DNA of 64,000 nucleotides from an uncultured delta proteobacterium (GTDB taxonomy: Bacteria; Desulfobacterota; Desulfobacteria; Desulfobacterales; B30-G6): assembly GCA_963823335.1 (NCBI GenBank), contig CAWGLD010000004.1:68382-132381 (forward strand). Direction: 5' to 3'. A model generated the notes under the pieces. That model had not been told where the DNA came from and made no database searches. It was given only the letters and a program-made list of their open reading frames with translations. Positions 1 to 7,877 of the stretch are shown piece after piece (position 1 is the first letter of the stretch; each line of letters starts with the position of its first letter). Made by a program: the position numbers and the translations under genes.

Positions 1-2
1 AT

Positions 3-914
3 GTTTTCCCAGTGGCCAGTGCCGGCAGGATTTATGGCGATTTTCTTTTAGGTGCACTGCCTGCGGGAATCACACCTCGACTGGCCGGTCTGAAAGTTGT
101 CCTGGATTGCTCAAATGGTGCTACCAGCACAATAGCACCGGAATTATTTGCCCGTATAGGTGTGGAGGTAATCCCCCTGTCCACATCCCCGGACGGCACC
201 AATATCAACGCAGACTGTGGATCACAATGCCCTGAAACCCTTGCAAAAAGGGTTCTGGAATCCCGTTCGGACGTTGGGTTCGCATTTGATGGGGACGGAG
301 ATCGAGTGATTGCCGTTGATGAAACCGGAAAGATTCTTACGGGCGACCAGCTCATCGCTATTTTTTCAGGCTTCTATCATCAGCATCATCTGCTGAAAAA
401 TCAGACCGTTGTCACCACCGTAATGAGCAACATGGGGCTCGGCAAAACACTGTCTGACATGGGGGTTACCCACCTGAAATCAGCCGTGGGCGATCGCTAT
501 GTCATGGAACAGATGGTTGCATCCGGAGCGGTTATCGGCGGAGAGAATTCAGGGCATATCATTTTTCTGGACGCACATACCACCGGTGACGGCATACTGG
601 CTGCACTTCAGTTTCTGCGAGTGCTGGTTTCAGAAAAGAAACCGGCTTCCCGTCTCGCTGATATGATGACAGTTTTTCCCCAGGAGTTGATGAATGTCAC
701 CGTGAATATCAAGCCTGCTATCAGCGATATTCAGGGTTTGACCGAAGCCACCACGATCATTGAAAAACAGCTCGGTGACCACGGCAGGGTGCTCATACGT
801 TACTCAGGTACGCAACCCATGTGCCGGGTCATGGTGGAGGCATCAACCAAAGCCGAAGCTTCTCGATTTTGCGGACAATTAACCGAAATCATTCGAACCC
901 AAATAGGCATATAA
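3..914 (+). CDS. glmM: phosphoglucosamine mutase, C-terminal ~300 aa (5' end outside window)
   Basis: Frame open from window edge; FDGDGDR metal loop and GENSGHIIF sugar loop of alpha-D-phosphohexomutases; intrinsic terminator follows. Confidence 0.85.
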   Translation, partial: VFPVASAGRIYGDFLLGALPAGITPRLAGLKVVLDCSNGATSTIAPELFARIGVEVIPLSTSPDGTNINADCGSQCPETLAKRVLESRSDVGFAFDGDGDRVIAVDETGKILTGDQLIAIFSGFYHQHHLLKNQTVVTTVMSNMGLGKTLSDMGVTHLKSAVGDRYVMEQMVASGAVIGGENSGHIIFLDAHTTGDGILAALQFLRVLVSEKKPASRLADMMTVFPQELMNVTVNIKPAISDIQGLTEATTIIEKQLGDHGRVLIRYSGTQPMCRVMVEASTKAEASRFCGQLTEIIRTQIGI

Positions 915-916
915 AA

Positions 917-949
917 AACCCTGTGTGCATGTGAACACAGGGTTTTTTT
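917..949 (+). terminator. rho-independent terminator after glmM
   Basis: AACCCTGTGT (917-926) pairs with ACACAGGGTT (935-944), 8-nt loop, followed by a T7 run. Confidence 0.8.
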
Positions 950-968
950 CATATCATTTATAAAAAAA

Positions 969-1009
969 GCGGCGCAGCCGCGTCAAATAAAATCGCTTTG
1001 CGATTTTAT
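969..1009 (+). repeat. bipartite boundary hairpin motif, copy a
   Basis: GCGGC-gca-GCCGC GTCAAAT AAAATCG-ctttg-CGATTTTAT; stop codon (1006-1008) of the minus-strand gene lies inside the AT hairpin. Confidence 0.7.
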
Positions 1010-1707
1010 CTGCGGTCGCCTAAAATCCGCAGCAGCATCAAGAACAGGTTGATAAAATCGAGATAGAGCGTCAAGGCGCCCATGATGGCGCCTTTCCTGA
1101 CAACGGCGGCTCCGACATCGGCCGGTTGTGTCAGGGCCATGGTTTTCAGCTTCTGGGTATCGTAGGCCGTCAAACCAACGAATACCAACACGCCGATATA
1201 GCTGATGACCATGCTCATGGCCGAACTTCGAACGAACATGTTCACCACCGAAGCAATGATAATTCCGATGAGGCCCATGGTCATAAAGCCCCCTAAAGAT
1301 GTTAAATCCCGTTTGGTGGTCATGCCGTAAACACTGAAAGCCACAAAAGTGGCTGAACAGATAAAAAAAGTGGAAGTAATGGAGGATGCTGTATATATAA
1401 GAAATATAACGGAAAGAGTGGCGCCGTTGAGTGCGGCATACAGGACAAAGAGGGCCGTTGCCGTGGAGGCTTGAATTTTTTGGACCCTGGCGCTCAAGAA
1501 GAAAACAAGTGCCAGCTCACCGATAATAAGGCCATAGAATATGATCCGATTGCCAAAAATCACCTGTTGTATCGAAGGTGTGTTGGCCACATAATAAGCT
1601 ACGAAGCCGGTTAGGGCAAGCCCCATGGCCATCCAATTGTACACGCTGCGTATAAAGGTGTTCACCTGTACCTGGGCTTGTGTTTTTGACAATGCAACTG
1701 GTTGCAT
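1006..1707 (-). CDS. BAX inhibitor-1/YccA family (UPF0005) integral membrane protein
   Basis: Seven hydrophobic segments and overall resemblance to Bax1-I/YccA proteins; start placed at ATG 1707 preceded by AGGAGGAT; the longer ORF-track N-terminus has no RBS or homology support. Confidence 0.75.
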   Translation of the reverse strand: MQPVALSKTQAQVQVNTFIRSVYNWMAMGLALTGFVAYYVANTPSIQQVIFGNRIIFYGLIIGELALVFFLSARVQKIQASTATALFVLYAALNGATLSVIFLIYTASSITSTFFICSATFVAFSVYGMTTKRDLTSLGGFMTMGLIGIIIASVVNMFVRSSAMSMVISYIGVLVFVGLTAYDTQKLKTMALTQPADVGAAVVRKGAIMGALTLYLDFINLFLMLLRILGDRR

Positions 1708-1827
1708 GTTATCCTCCTGTTCTTCTTTATTTTTATGATTTTTCTTTTGCAGCTGGTGTTTTCCAACTTCCCATAATATAACACAACATCGGTTAATTTC
1801 AACCTGAATCGAACGATTCTTGACGTA

Positions 1828-2115
1828 ATGTATAGGCCCAAGATGAAACCAGACCAAATATATCACGATTTGATCGAACTGGCTGATAAATTCAAGATTT
1901 CTGTATCAGAACAAAATCTGCAGAAAACAGTTGTCAAAGCCGAATCCGGTTACTGTATCGTGAAAGAGCAGAAGCGTTTTATCGTTGACAAACACCTGTC
2001 TCTTCATAAAAAAATCGATGTTCTGGCAGCCTTTCTCAGTACACTGCCGCATGAGAACCTATACATCATGCCGGCCCTGAGGGAAGTGCTCTACAAATAC
2101 GCCAATGATAAATAG
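1828..2115 (+). CDS. hypothetical small protein (95 aa)
   Basis: Intact ORF divergent from the BI-1-like gene and upstream of xseA; no recognisable motif; start uncertain (ATG 1828 or 1843). Confidence 0.4.
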   Translation: MYRPKMKPDQIYHDLIELADKFKISVSEQNLQKTVVKAESGYCIVKEQKRFIVDKHLSLHKKIDVLAAFLSTLPHENLYIMPALREVLYKYANDK

Positions 2116-2238
2116 GGGGCCTATCAATTTTGGAATTTAAAAGTTTACATAATATACCTTATCAGACGTTATTGATTTATCAAATCAAATTCCTTGAAAA
2201 CAAACACGTGAATCCTATACCCCTTGGAACCTATTAGT

Positions 2239-3663
2239 ATGCAGCCTGCTCCTTCCCAGAGACATATTCTAACCGTTTCAGAACTCACTTCACAGATCAA
2301 GTCCCAACTGGAGACACGATTTCCTTTTATCTGGATCACGGGTGAGATTTCAAATTTTCGCGTTCCCGCATCAGGTCACTTCTATTTTTCCCTCAAAGAT
2401 TCCCAGGCTCAGATCAATGCCGTGATGTTTCGCGGTCAGAGCGGTCAATTAAAGTTTGAGCCCGAGGACGGCATGCAGATAAACGGGCTTGGACGCATAA
2501 GTCTGTATGAACCCAGAGGTACTTACCAGATTATTCTGGAATACATGGAACCCAAAGGTGTGGGCGCATTGCAGGTAGCGTTTGAGCAACTCAAACAGAA
2601 ACTGTCTTCCCAAGGCCTGTTCAATGATGAACATAAAGTACCCATTCCTTTTTTACCACATAAAATCAGTGTGATAACATCTTTAACCGGTGCTGTCATC
2701 CATGACATCATTCGTATTTTACAACGTCGTTTTGCCAACATTCCCCTGGAAATAATCCCGGCCAAGGTCCAGGGCGATGGTGCAGAAAAAGAGCTGATTG
2801 ACGCCATCCGTCTGCTGAACGATCGTTGTGATACCGATGTGGCCATTCTGGCACGGGGTGGCGGATCCCTCGAAGACTTGCAGCCGTTTAACACCGAGGG
2901 TCTTGCCCGCGAAATCTTTGCATCCAAAATACCCATCATTTCGGCAGTAGGACATGAAACCGATTTTACACTGGCCGATTTCGTGGCAGACCTGCGCGTA
3001 CCGACACCTTCGGCAGCAGCGGAAATCGTCGTGCCCTTGAAATCCGATCTGGAACGTCAGTGTAGCGCTCTGCAAAGAAAACTGATAACCACATTTTCAA
3101 ACTACCTTCGATTCCTGAAAACGTATCTCAGAGAGTTCTCCAGACGCCTTATCGATCCCCGCAAGCAAACCCAAGACTTGAGACTCCGGACAGATGATTT
3201 AGCCAACCGCATGATCCGGGCATTGTTTCAGGATATTCGACACCGTCAGGAACGGCTCCAGTGGCGCCTGGAAAAACTACACAGGTTTTCACCTGCCGCC
3301 AGATTGCCTTATCTTATATCAAAACATGAACAACTACACCATAACCTACTGTCTTCAATCAGTATATATATTAATAATAATAGCAGTAATCTACACACAA
3401 TCCGATCCAAATTGACAGCCTTGAGTCCCACGGCTATTCTTGAAAGAGGTTACAGCATCACCCGCCTGCTTCCCAGTGCTCAGGTGGTGCGGGATGCTCA
3501 AAGTGTCTCCACAGGAGATCGTTTGCAGATTCTTCTTGGTTCCGGGTCGTTGGAAGCCCAGGTTGTCAAGAGGTCGGTTGAAAAAAACAATCGCGAAAAC
3601 ACGCATGAAGTATCCATAAAGGATACATGTAGATACCCGGGTCCAAAGGCCGGCACTGATTGA
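2239..3663 (+). CDS. xseA: exodeoxyribonuclease VII large subunit
   Basis: N-terminal OB-fold region (WITGEISNF..ASGHFYFSLKD) and catalytic core (ARGGGSLEDL, SAVGHETDFTLADFVAD) typical of XseA; followed by xseB; start ATG 2239 vs TTG 2224 uncertain. Confidence 0.9.
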   Translation: MQPAPSQRHILTVSELTSQIKSQLETRFPFIWITGEISNFRVPASGHFYFSLKDSQAQINAVMFRGQSGQLKFEPEDGMQINGLGRISLYEPRGTYQIILEYMEPKGVGALQVAFEQLKQKLSSQGLFNDEHKVPIPFLPHKISVITSLTGAVIHDIIRILQRRFANIPLEIIPAKVQGDGAEKELIDAIRLLNDRCDTDVAILARGGGSLEDLQPFNTEGLAREIFASKIPIISAVGHETDFTLADFVADLRVPTPSAAAEIVVPLKSDLERQCSALQRKLITTFSNYLRFLKTYLREFSRRLIDPRKQTQDLRLRTDDLANRMIRALFQDIRHRQERLQWRLEKLHRFSPAARLPYLISKHEQLHHNLLSSISIYINNNSSNLHTIRSKLTALSPTAILERGYSITRLLPSAQVVRDAQSVSTGDRLQILLGSGSLEAQVVKRSVEKNNRENTHEVSIKDTCRYPGPKAGTD

Positions 3664-3713
3664 AGAACCTCGCAGCACAAGCTACGGGGAATGCGCTCGC
3701 TTTTTCGGTTCAA
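3660..3713 (+). repeat. ~55-nt repeat family C (TTGAAGAACCTCGCAGCA...CGGTTCAA), copy 1
   Basis: Near-identical to 11010-11061 and, with a 26-nt insertion, to 31140-31215; xseA stop codon TGA (3661-3663) is part of the repeat. Confidence 0.7.
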
Positions 3714-3736
3714 CCCTAAAAAACAGGAAAAAAAAG

Positions 3737-3967
3737 ATGCCCAAACAGACATTTGAAAAATCCATCCAACAGCTGGAAGAAATCGTCCAGGAGTTAGAAT
3801 CGGGCGATCTGCCTCTCGAAAAGGCCCTTCTTCGTTTCGAAGAAGGGATGAATCTTTCCAAGCGCTGTTCCAAGATGCTCGACGAAACCGAAAAAAAAAT
3901 CTCCGTACTTATTCGAGAAACGGACGGCACACTGTCCGAAAAACCCTTTCCCACAGACATGACCTAA
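3737..3967 (+). CDS. xseB: exodeoxyribonuclease VII small subunit
   Basis: 76-aa helical protein, FEKSIQQLEEIVQELESGDLPLEKAL..FEEG motif characteristic of XseB. Confidence 0.9.
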   Translation: MPKQTFEKSIQQLEEIVQELESGDLPLEKALLRFEEGMNLSKRCSKMLDETEKKISVLIRETDGTLSEKPFPTDMT

Positions 3968-3980
3968 GACGATTGGCGCG

Positions 3981-4871
3981 ATGATTGACTTTGAGAAATA
4001 TTTGAAAGCATACCAAAAGGATATAAATGCTAAAATTCTTTTGTTGCTGAAAGAATCTGATACGTCCAGCCGTATTGTGCAGGCCATGCAATATTCAATA
4101 TCAGCCGGCGGCAAAAGAATCCGCCCTATTCTGACCCTGGCCGCCGCCGAAGCCACCCATGCCCGGGCATTAGATGTATTGCCGGTCGCTTGTGCCATCG
4201 AAATGATTCACACCTATTCTTTGATTCACGATGATCTGCCGGCCATGGATAACGACACCCTCCGCCGCGGCAAGGCCACGTCACATGTTCAGTACGACGA
4301 GGCCACTGCCATTCTGACCGGGGATGCCCTGTTGACACTGGCCTTTGGCATTCTGTCTTCAACGGCGAACTACTCCCAGAAAAATCTGTCCCGACGCCTG
4401 AAGATCATTTATGTACTGGCAAAGGCTGCCGGGCACCAGGGCATGATCCTGGGTCAGATGCAGGATATCTGTGCCGAGGGCGACACATTAGACCTCGATG
4501 AACTCATTCGAATGCATTCCCTTAAAACAGGGGCCCTGATTGAAGCCTCTATTGTGGTGGGCGCTTTGTTTGGAAATGCCGATCAGACAAGAATGAATTC
4601 CCTACGTCACTATGCGAAAAACATCGGTCTGGCATTTCAGGTCATCGACGACATATTGAATGTTTCAGGAGACCCCGTAAAACTCGGAAAAGCAGTCGGA
4701 ACCGATACGGACAGAGGGAAAAACACTTTCCCGGGACTCATGGGAATGTCGAAGGCCACGGCATATGCCGAAAATCTCGTTCAAACCGCCTTGAAAGCAC
4801 TGGAGTTTTTTGATAACAAAGCAGATCCGTTGCGCGCTATTGCACGGTATATCATTGACCGAAACAACTAG
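3981..4871 (+). CDS. ispA: (2E,6E)-farnesyl diphosphate synthase / geranyltranstransferase
   Basis: First and second aspartate-rich motifs (LIHDDLPAMDNDTLRRG; FQVIDDILN); conserved xseB-ispA-dxs order. Confidence 0.9.
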   Translation: MIDFEKYLKAYQKDINAKILLLLKESDTSSRIVQAMQYSISAGGKRIRPILTLAAAEATHARALDVLPVACAIEMIHTYSLIHDDLPAMDNDTLRRGKATSHVQYDEATAILTGDALLTLAFGILSSTANYSQKNLSRRLKIIYVLAKAAGHQGMILGQMQDICAEGDTLDLDELIRMHSLKTGALIEASIVVGALFGNADQTRMNSLRHYAKNIGLAFQVIDDILNVSGDPVKLGKAVGTDTDRGKNTFPGLMGMSKATAYAENLVQTALKALEFFDNKADPLRAIARYIIDRNN

Positions 4872-4881
4872 AAGCGTTCTC

Positions 4882-5059
4882 AAAAAAGAACATCGAACGT
4901 TCACCATCGAATTTTGAATGAAACGATGGAGAAACAGCTATTCGCTCATAGCTGATAGCTGATAGCTCATAGGGTTTGATCAGGTTGCAGCTATCAGCTA
5001 ATATCATGTTTTCATTCGAAGTTGGACGTTCGATGTTCGATGTTGGACGTTCATCTTTT
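4882..5059 (+). mobile_element. miniature IVS-like palindromic element, family A (heptamer arms), copy R1
   Basis: Left arm 4882-4923 (..GAACATCGAACGTTCACCATCGAATTTTGAATGAAA) and right arm 5009-5059 (TTTTCATTCGAAGTTGGACGTTCGATGTTCGATGTTGGACGTTCATCTTTT) are reverse complements; interior holds a second hairpin of AGCTGAT units (4948-4972 vs 4988-5003). Confidence 0.8.
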
Positions 5060-5080
5060 AAAAAGGAGACACTACCTTTC

Positions 5081-6976
5081 TTGAATTTACTTGATAATAT
5101 ATCTTCCCCTCGTGATTTGAAAAATCTTTCTCGAAACAAATTGAAGTTCTTGTCAGGAGAACTGCGCAAACGTATCGTTGATGTTGTATCCCAAAAAGGT
5201 GGCCATCTCGCCTCCAGCCTGGGGACTGTTGAGTTAACCATTGCCCTGCATTACGTGTTTGAGACACCCGAAGATAAAATAATTTGGGATGTCGGGCATC
5301 AGGCTTATGCGCATAAAATCATCACCGGGCGAAATGACAGGTTCGAAACGATTCGGCAGTTTGGCGGCCTTTCGGGATTTACCCGAAAAAACGAAAGCCC
5401 GTATGACACTTTTTCAACCGGCCACAGCAGCACCTCCATCTCGGCAGGTCTCGGTATTGTGACCGCCAAACGTCTCAAGGGCCAGAAGTCAAAGGTGATT
5501 GCCGTTATCGGGGACGGTTCCATGACTGCCGGTCTGGCTTATGAAGCCTTGAATCAGATCGGTGGTTCACACAAGGACAAGGATCTGATCGTGATCCTGA
5601 ACGACAATGAGATGTCCATATCAAAAAATGTGGGTGCCTTATCCTCCCTTTTGAGCCGCACGCTTTCCCGTAAACGTCTGCAGGACTGGCGTAAGGATTT
5701 CGGTGTCTTTCTGAAATCACTGCCCCGGTTTGGTGATGACATTTATCAGTTTGCCAAGCGCTCAGAGGATTCCTTTAAAACCTTTATAACCCCCGGCATG
5801 CTTTTTGAAGCCTTTAATTTTGAATATTTCGGCCCAATCAACGGCCACAACATCGATCACCTCATCGATATTTTGAACAACATCAAATTTCGAGATGAAC
5901 CCGTCCTGCTGCATGTGGTAACCACCAAGGGCAAGGGTTACCTGCCGGCAGAAAAAAATCCGGTCTATTTCCATGGATGTAGCAGTTTCGATGTGGAAAC
6001 CGGAACATGCGTACCATCTGATATCGATATTCCCTCCTATACAGAGGTTTTCAGTCAAACCATGCTAACCCTGGCGGAATCGGATCAGAAGGTGCTGGCT
6101 GTCACAGCGGCCATGCCCGAAGGAACCGGTCTGGCTGCATTTTCAGACAAATTTCCGGATCGTTTTTTTGATGTGGGCATTGCCGAACAGCATGGTGTCA
6201 CCTTTGCAGCAGGACTGGCGACCGAAGGATTCAAACCGGTGGTGGCCATATACTCCACATTCCTGCAGCGGGCATTCGACCAGGTGCTGCATGACGTCTG
6301 TATAGAATCGCTTCACGTGGTGTTTGCCATCGACAGGGGAGGTATCGTGGGAGAGGATGGTCCCACCCACCAGGGGGTGTTCGACTATGCATACTTGAGG
6401 TGTCTGCCCAACATGGTTGTCATGGCGCCTAAAGATGAAAACGAACTTCGCCATATGCTCAAGACGGCCATATCCCATGACGGCCCCATCGCTGTACGGT
6501 ATCCCCGTGGAACCGGTGTGGGCACATCGCTGACCTCGCCCCTTTCTACGCTACCCATCGGCAAAGGAGAGGTTTTGAAACAGGGCGATGATCTGCTGAT
6601 CCTTGCCGTGGGGAGCAGCGTCAACGAAGCACTGGCAGCCCATACACAACTGAAGGCTGACAATATCGAGGCAACGGTAGTCAACTGCCGATTCATCAAG
6701 CCATTGGATACGGAATTGATAGGCAATCTGGCCAGGCGTATTCAGAAAGTCATCACTGTCGAAGAAAATGTACTCCATGGCGGTTTTGGAAGTGCCGTAC
6801 TCGAATGCTTGAACAATCAGGACATCGTCAATGTGCGGGTCAAACGGATCGGTATCGCAGATATCTTCGTGGAACATGGTCCACAGCGAAAATTACGGTC
6901 CGTCTATGGTGTGGACGCCGCTGCCATCGTCAATGCAGCCAGACAACTGATAGACAAATGGCCCGTTAAAAAATGA
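5081..6976 (+). CDS. dxs: 1-deoxy-D-xylulose-5-phosphate synthase
   Basis: GHQAYAHKIITGR motif, ThDP-binding GDGSMTAG...LNDNEMSIS; start set at TTG 5081 after AAAGGAG (5062-5068), because the ORF-track N-terminus (4976-5080) is a translated repeat arm. Confidence 0.9.
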   Translation: MNLLDNISSPRDLKNLSRNKLKFLSGELRKRIVDVVSQKGGHLASSLGTVELTIALHYVFETPEDKIIWDVGHQAYAHKIITGRNDRFETIRQFGGLSGFTRKNESPYDTFSTGHSSTSISAGLGIVTAKRLKGQKSKVIAVIGDGSMTAGLAYEALNQIGGSHKDKDLIVILNDNEMSISKNVGALSSLLSRTLSRKRLQDWRKDFGVFLKSLPRFGDDIYQFAKRSEDSFKTFITPGMLFEAFNFEYFGPINGHNIDHLIDILNNIKFRDEPVLLHVVTTKGKGYLPAEKNPVYFHGCSSFDVETGTCVPSDIDIPSYTEVFSQTMLTLAESDQKVLAVTAAMPEGTGLAAFSDKFPDRFFDVGIAEQHGVTFAAGLATEGFKPVVAIYSTFLQRAFDQVLHDVCIESLHVVFAIDRGGIVGEDGPTHQGVFDYAYLRCLPNMVVMAPKDENELRHMLKTAISHDGPIAVRYPRGTGVGTSLTSPLSTLPIGKGEVLKQGDDLLILAVGSSVNEALAAHTQLKADNIEATVVNCRFIKPLDTELIGNLARRIQKVITVEENVLHGGFGSAVLECLNNQDIVNVRVKRIGIADIFVEHGPQRKLRSVYGVDAAAIVNAARQLIDKWPVKK

Positions 6977-7734
6977 ACATCGAAAAAATTATGCCCACCC
7001 CCAAAAAAAGACTCGACCTTTCCCTTCTCGACAAAAAGCTCGCACCCACACGGCAGCGTGCCCAGGCCCTGATCCTGGCAGGCAGGGTGCTCGTCAACCA
7101 GGAACCCATGACCAAACCTGGAACCCGGATTTCCGAGGGTGATGCTGTCGTCATCAAGGGATCCGATATGCCTTATGTCAGTCGCGGCGGCATCAAACTG
7201 GCCGAGGCGCTCATCCGATTCCAGATCGATGCCGCCGGCCTGAACTGCATGGATATCGGAGCCTCCACCGGCGGTTTTACAGACTGTCTTCTCCAGAATG
7301 GCGCCTCCCGTGTAGTTGCAGTCGATGTCGGGTATGGACAGCTTGCCTGGAAACTGAGGCAGGACCCAAGAGTTACGCTTCTGGAAAGAACCAATATCCG
7401 CTACCTGAAGATTGAAAAAGTTCCATTCCCAGTCGATCTGGCTGTCATCGATGTCTCTTTTATCTCCTTGAAAATTGTCGTACCTGTTATTCGACAATTC
7501 CTTAAAAGCGATGCCACCGTTGTGACCCTAATCAAACCCCAGTTCGAGGTAGGCAGACATCATGTCGGCAAGAGGGGTGTGGTCAAAGATTCCCTTCTGC
7601 ATGAGGAAGTCACGCGATCCCTTGCGCAGTTTTTTGAAACGGCCGGATTCAAGGTTCATGGTATTGTCCCCTCCCCTATCACCGGCCCTAAAGGAAACAA
7701 GGAATTTCTTTGCCACTTGAAAATTAAATCGTAA
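6973..7734 (+). CDS. tlyA: TlyA-family rRNA 2'-O-methyltransferase (hemolysin A-like)
   Basis: N-terminal S4 RNA-binding domain plus FtsJ-type SAM fold (DIGASTGGFTDCLLQNGA); ATG overlaps dxs stop (ATGA). Confidence 0.85.
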   Translation: MNIEKIMPTPKKRLDLSLLDKKLAPTRQRAQALILAGRVLVNQEPMTKPGTRISEGDAVVIKGSDMPYVSRGGIKLAEALIRFQIDAAGLNCMDIGASTGGFTDCLLQNGASRVVAVDVGYGQLAWKLRQDPRVTLLERTNIRYLKIEKVPFPVDLAVIDVSFISLKIVVPVIRQFLKSDATVVTLIKPQFEVGRHHVGKRGVVKDSLLHEEVTRSLAQFFETAGFKVHGIVPSPITGPKGNKEFLCHLKIKS

Positions 7735-7747
7735 AACGATTTTATTT
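7721..7747 (-). repeat. boundary hairpin motif, copy b (AT hairpin only)
   Basis: AAATTAAATCG-taaaa-CGATTTTATTT; tlyA stop TAA (7732-7734) is in the loop; the GC hairpin is degenerate. Confidence 0.55.
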
Positions 7748-7822
7748 TAGGTTGCGCTTGATTTTTTTCTTCATTGCATATAATGCTTTTTATTTCCAGA
7801 CTCGATGAATCAAATTATAGGA

Positions 7823-7863
7823 GCGACCTAGTCGCATATTATAAAATCGTGTAACGATTTTAT
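7823..7863 (+). repeat. bipartite boundary hairpin motif, copy c
   Basis: GCGAC-cta-GTCGC ATATT ATAAAATCG-tgtaa-CGATTTTAT, immediately followed by GGGAGGAG RBS and the ATG at 7878. Confidence 0.75.
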
Positions 7864-7877
7864 TGGGAGGAGCATAG

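Noticed and set aside
1708-1866. N-terminal 53-codon extension of the BAX-inhibitor-like gene
   Set aside because: It has no homology and no RBS. ATG 1707 has AGGAGGAT upstream and gives a typical family length.
4976-5080. N-terminal 35-codon extension of dxs given in the ORF track
   Set aside because: The extension is a translated repeat arm. A TTG with a proper AAAGGAG lies at 5081, where Dxs homology begins.
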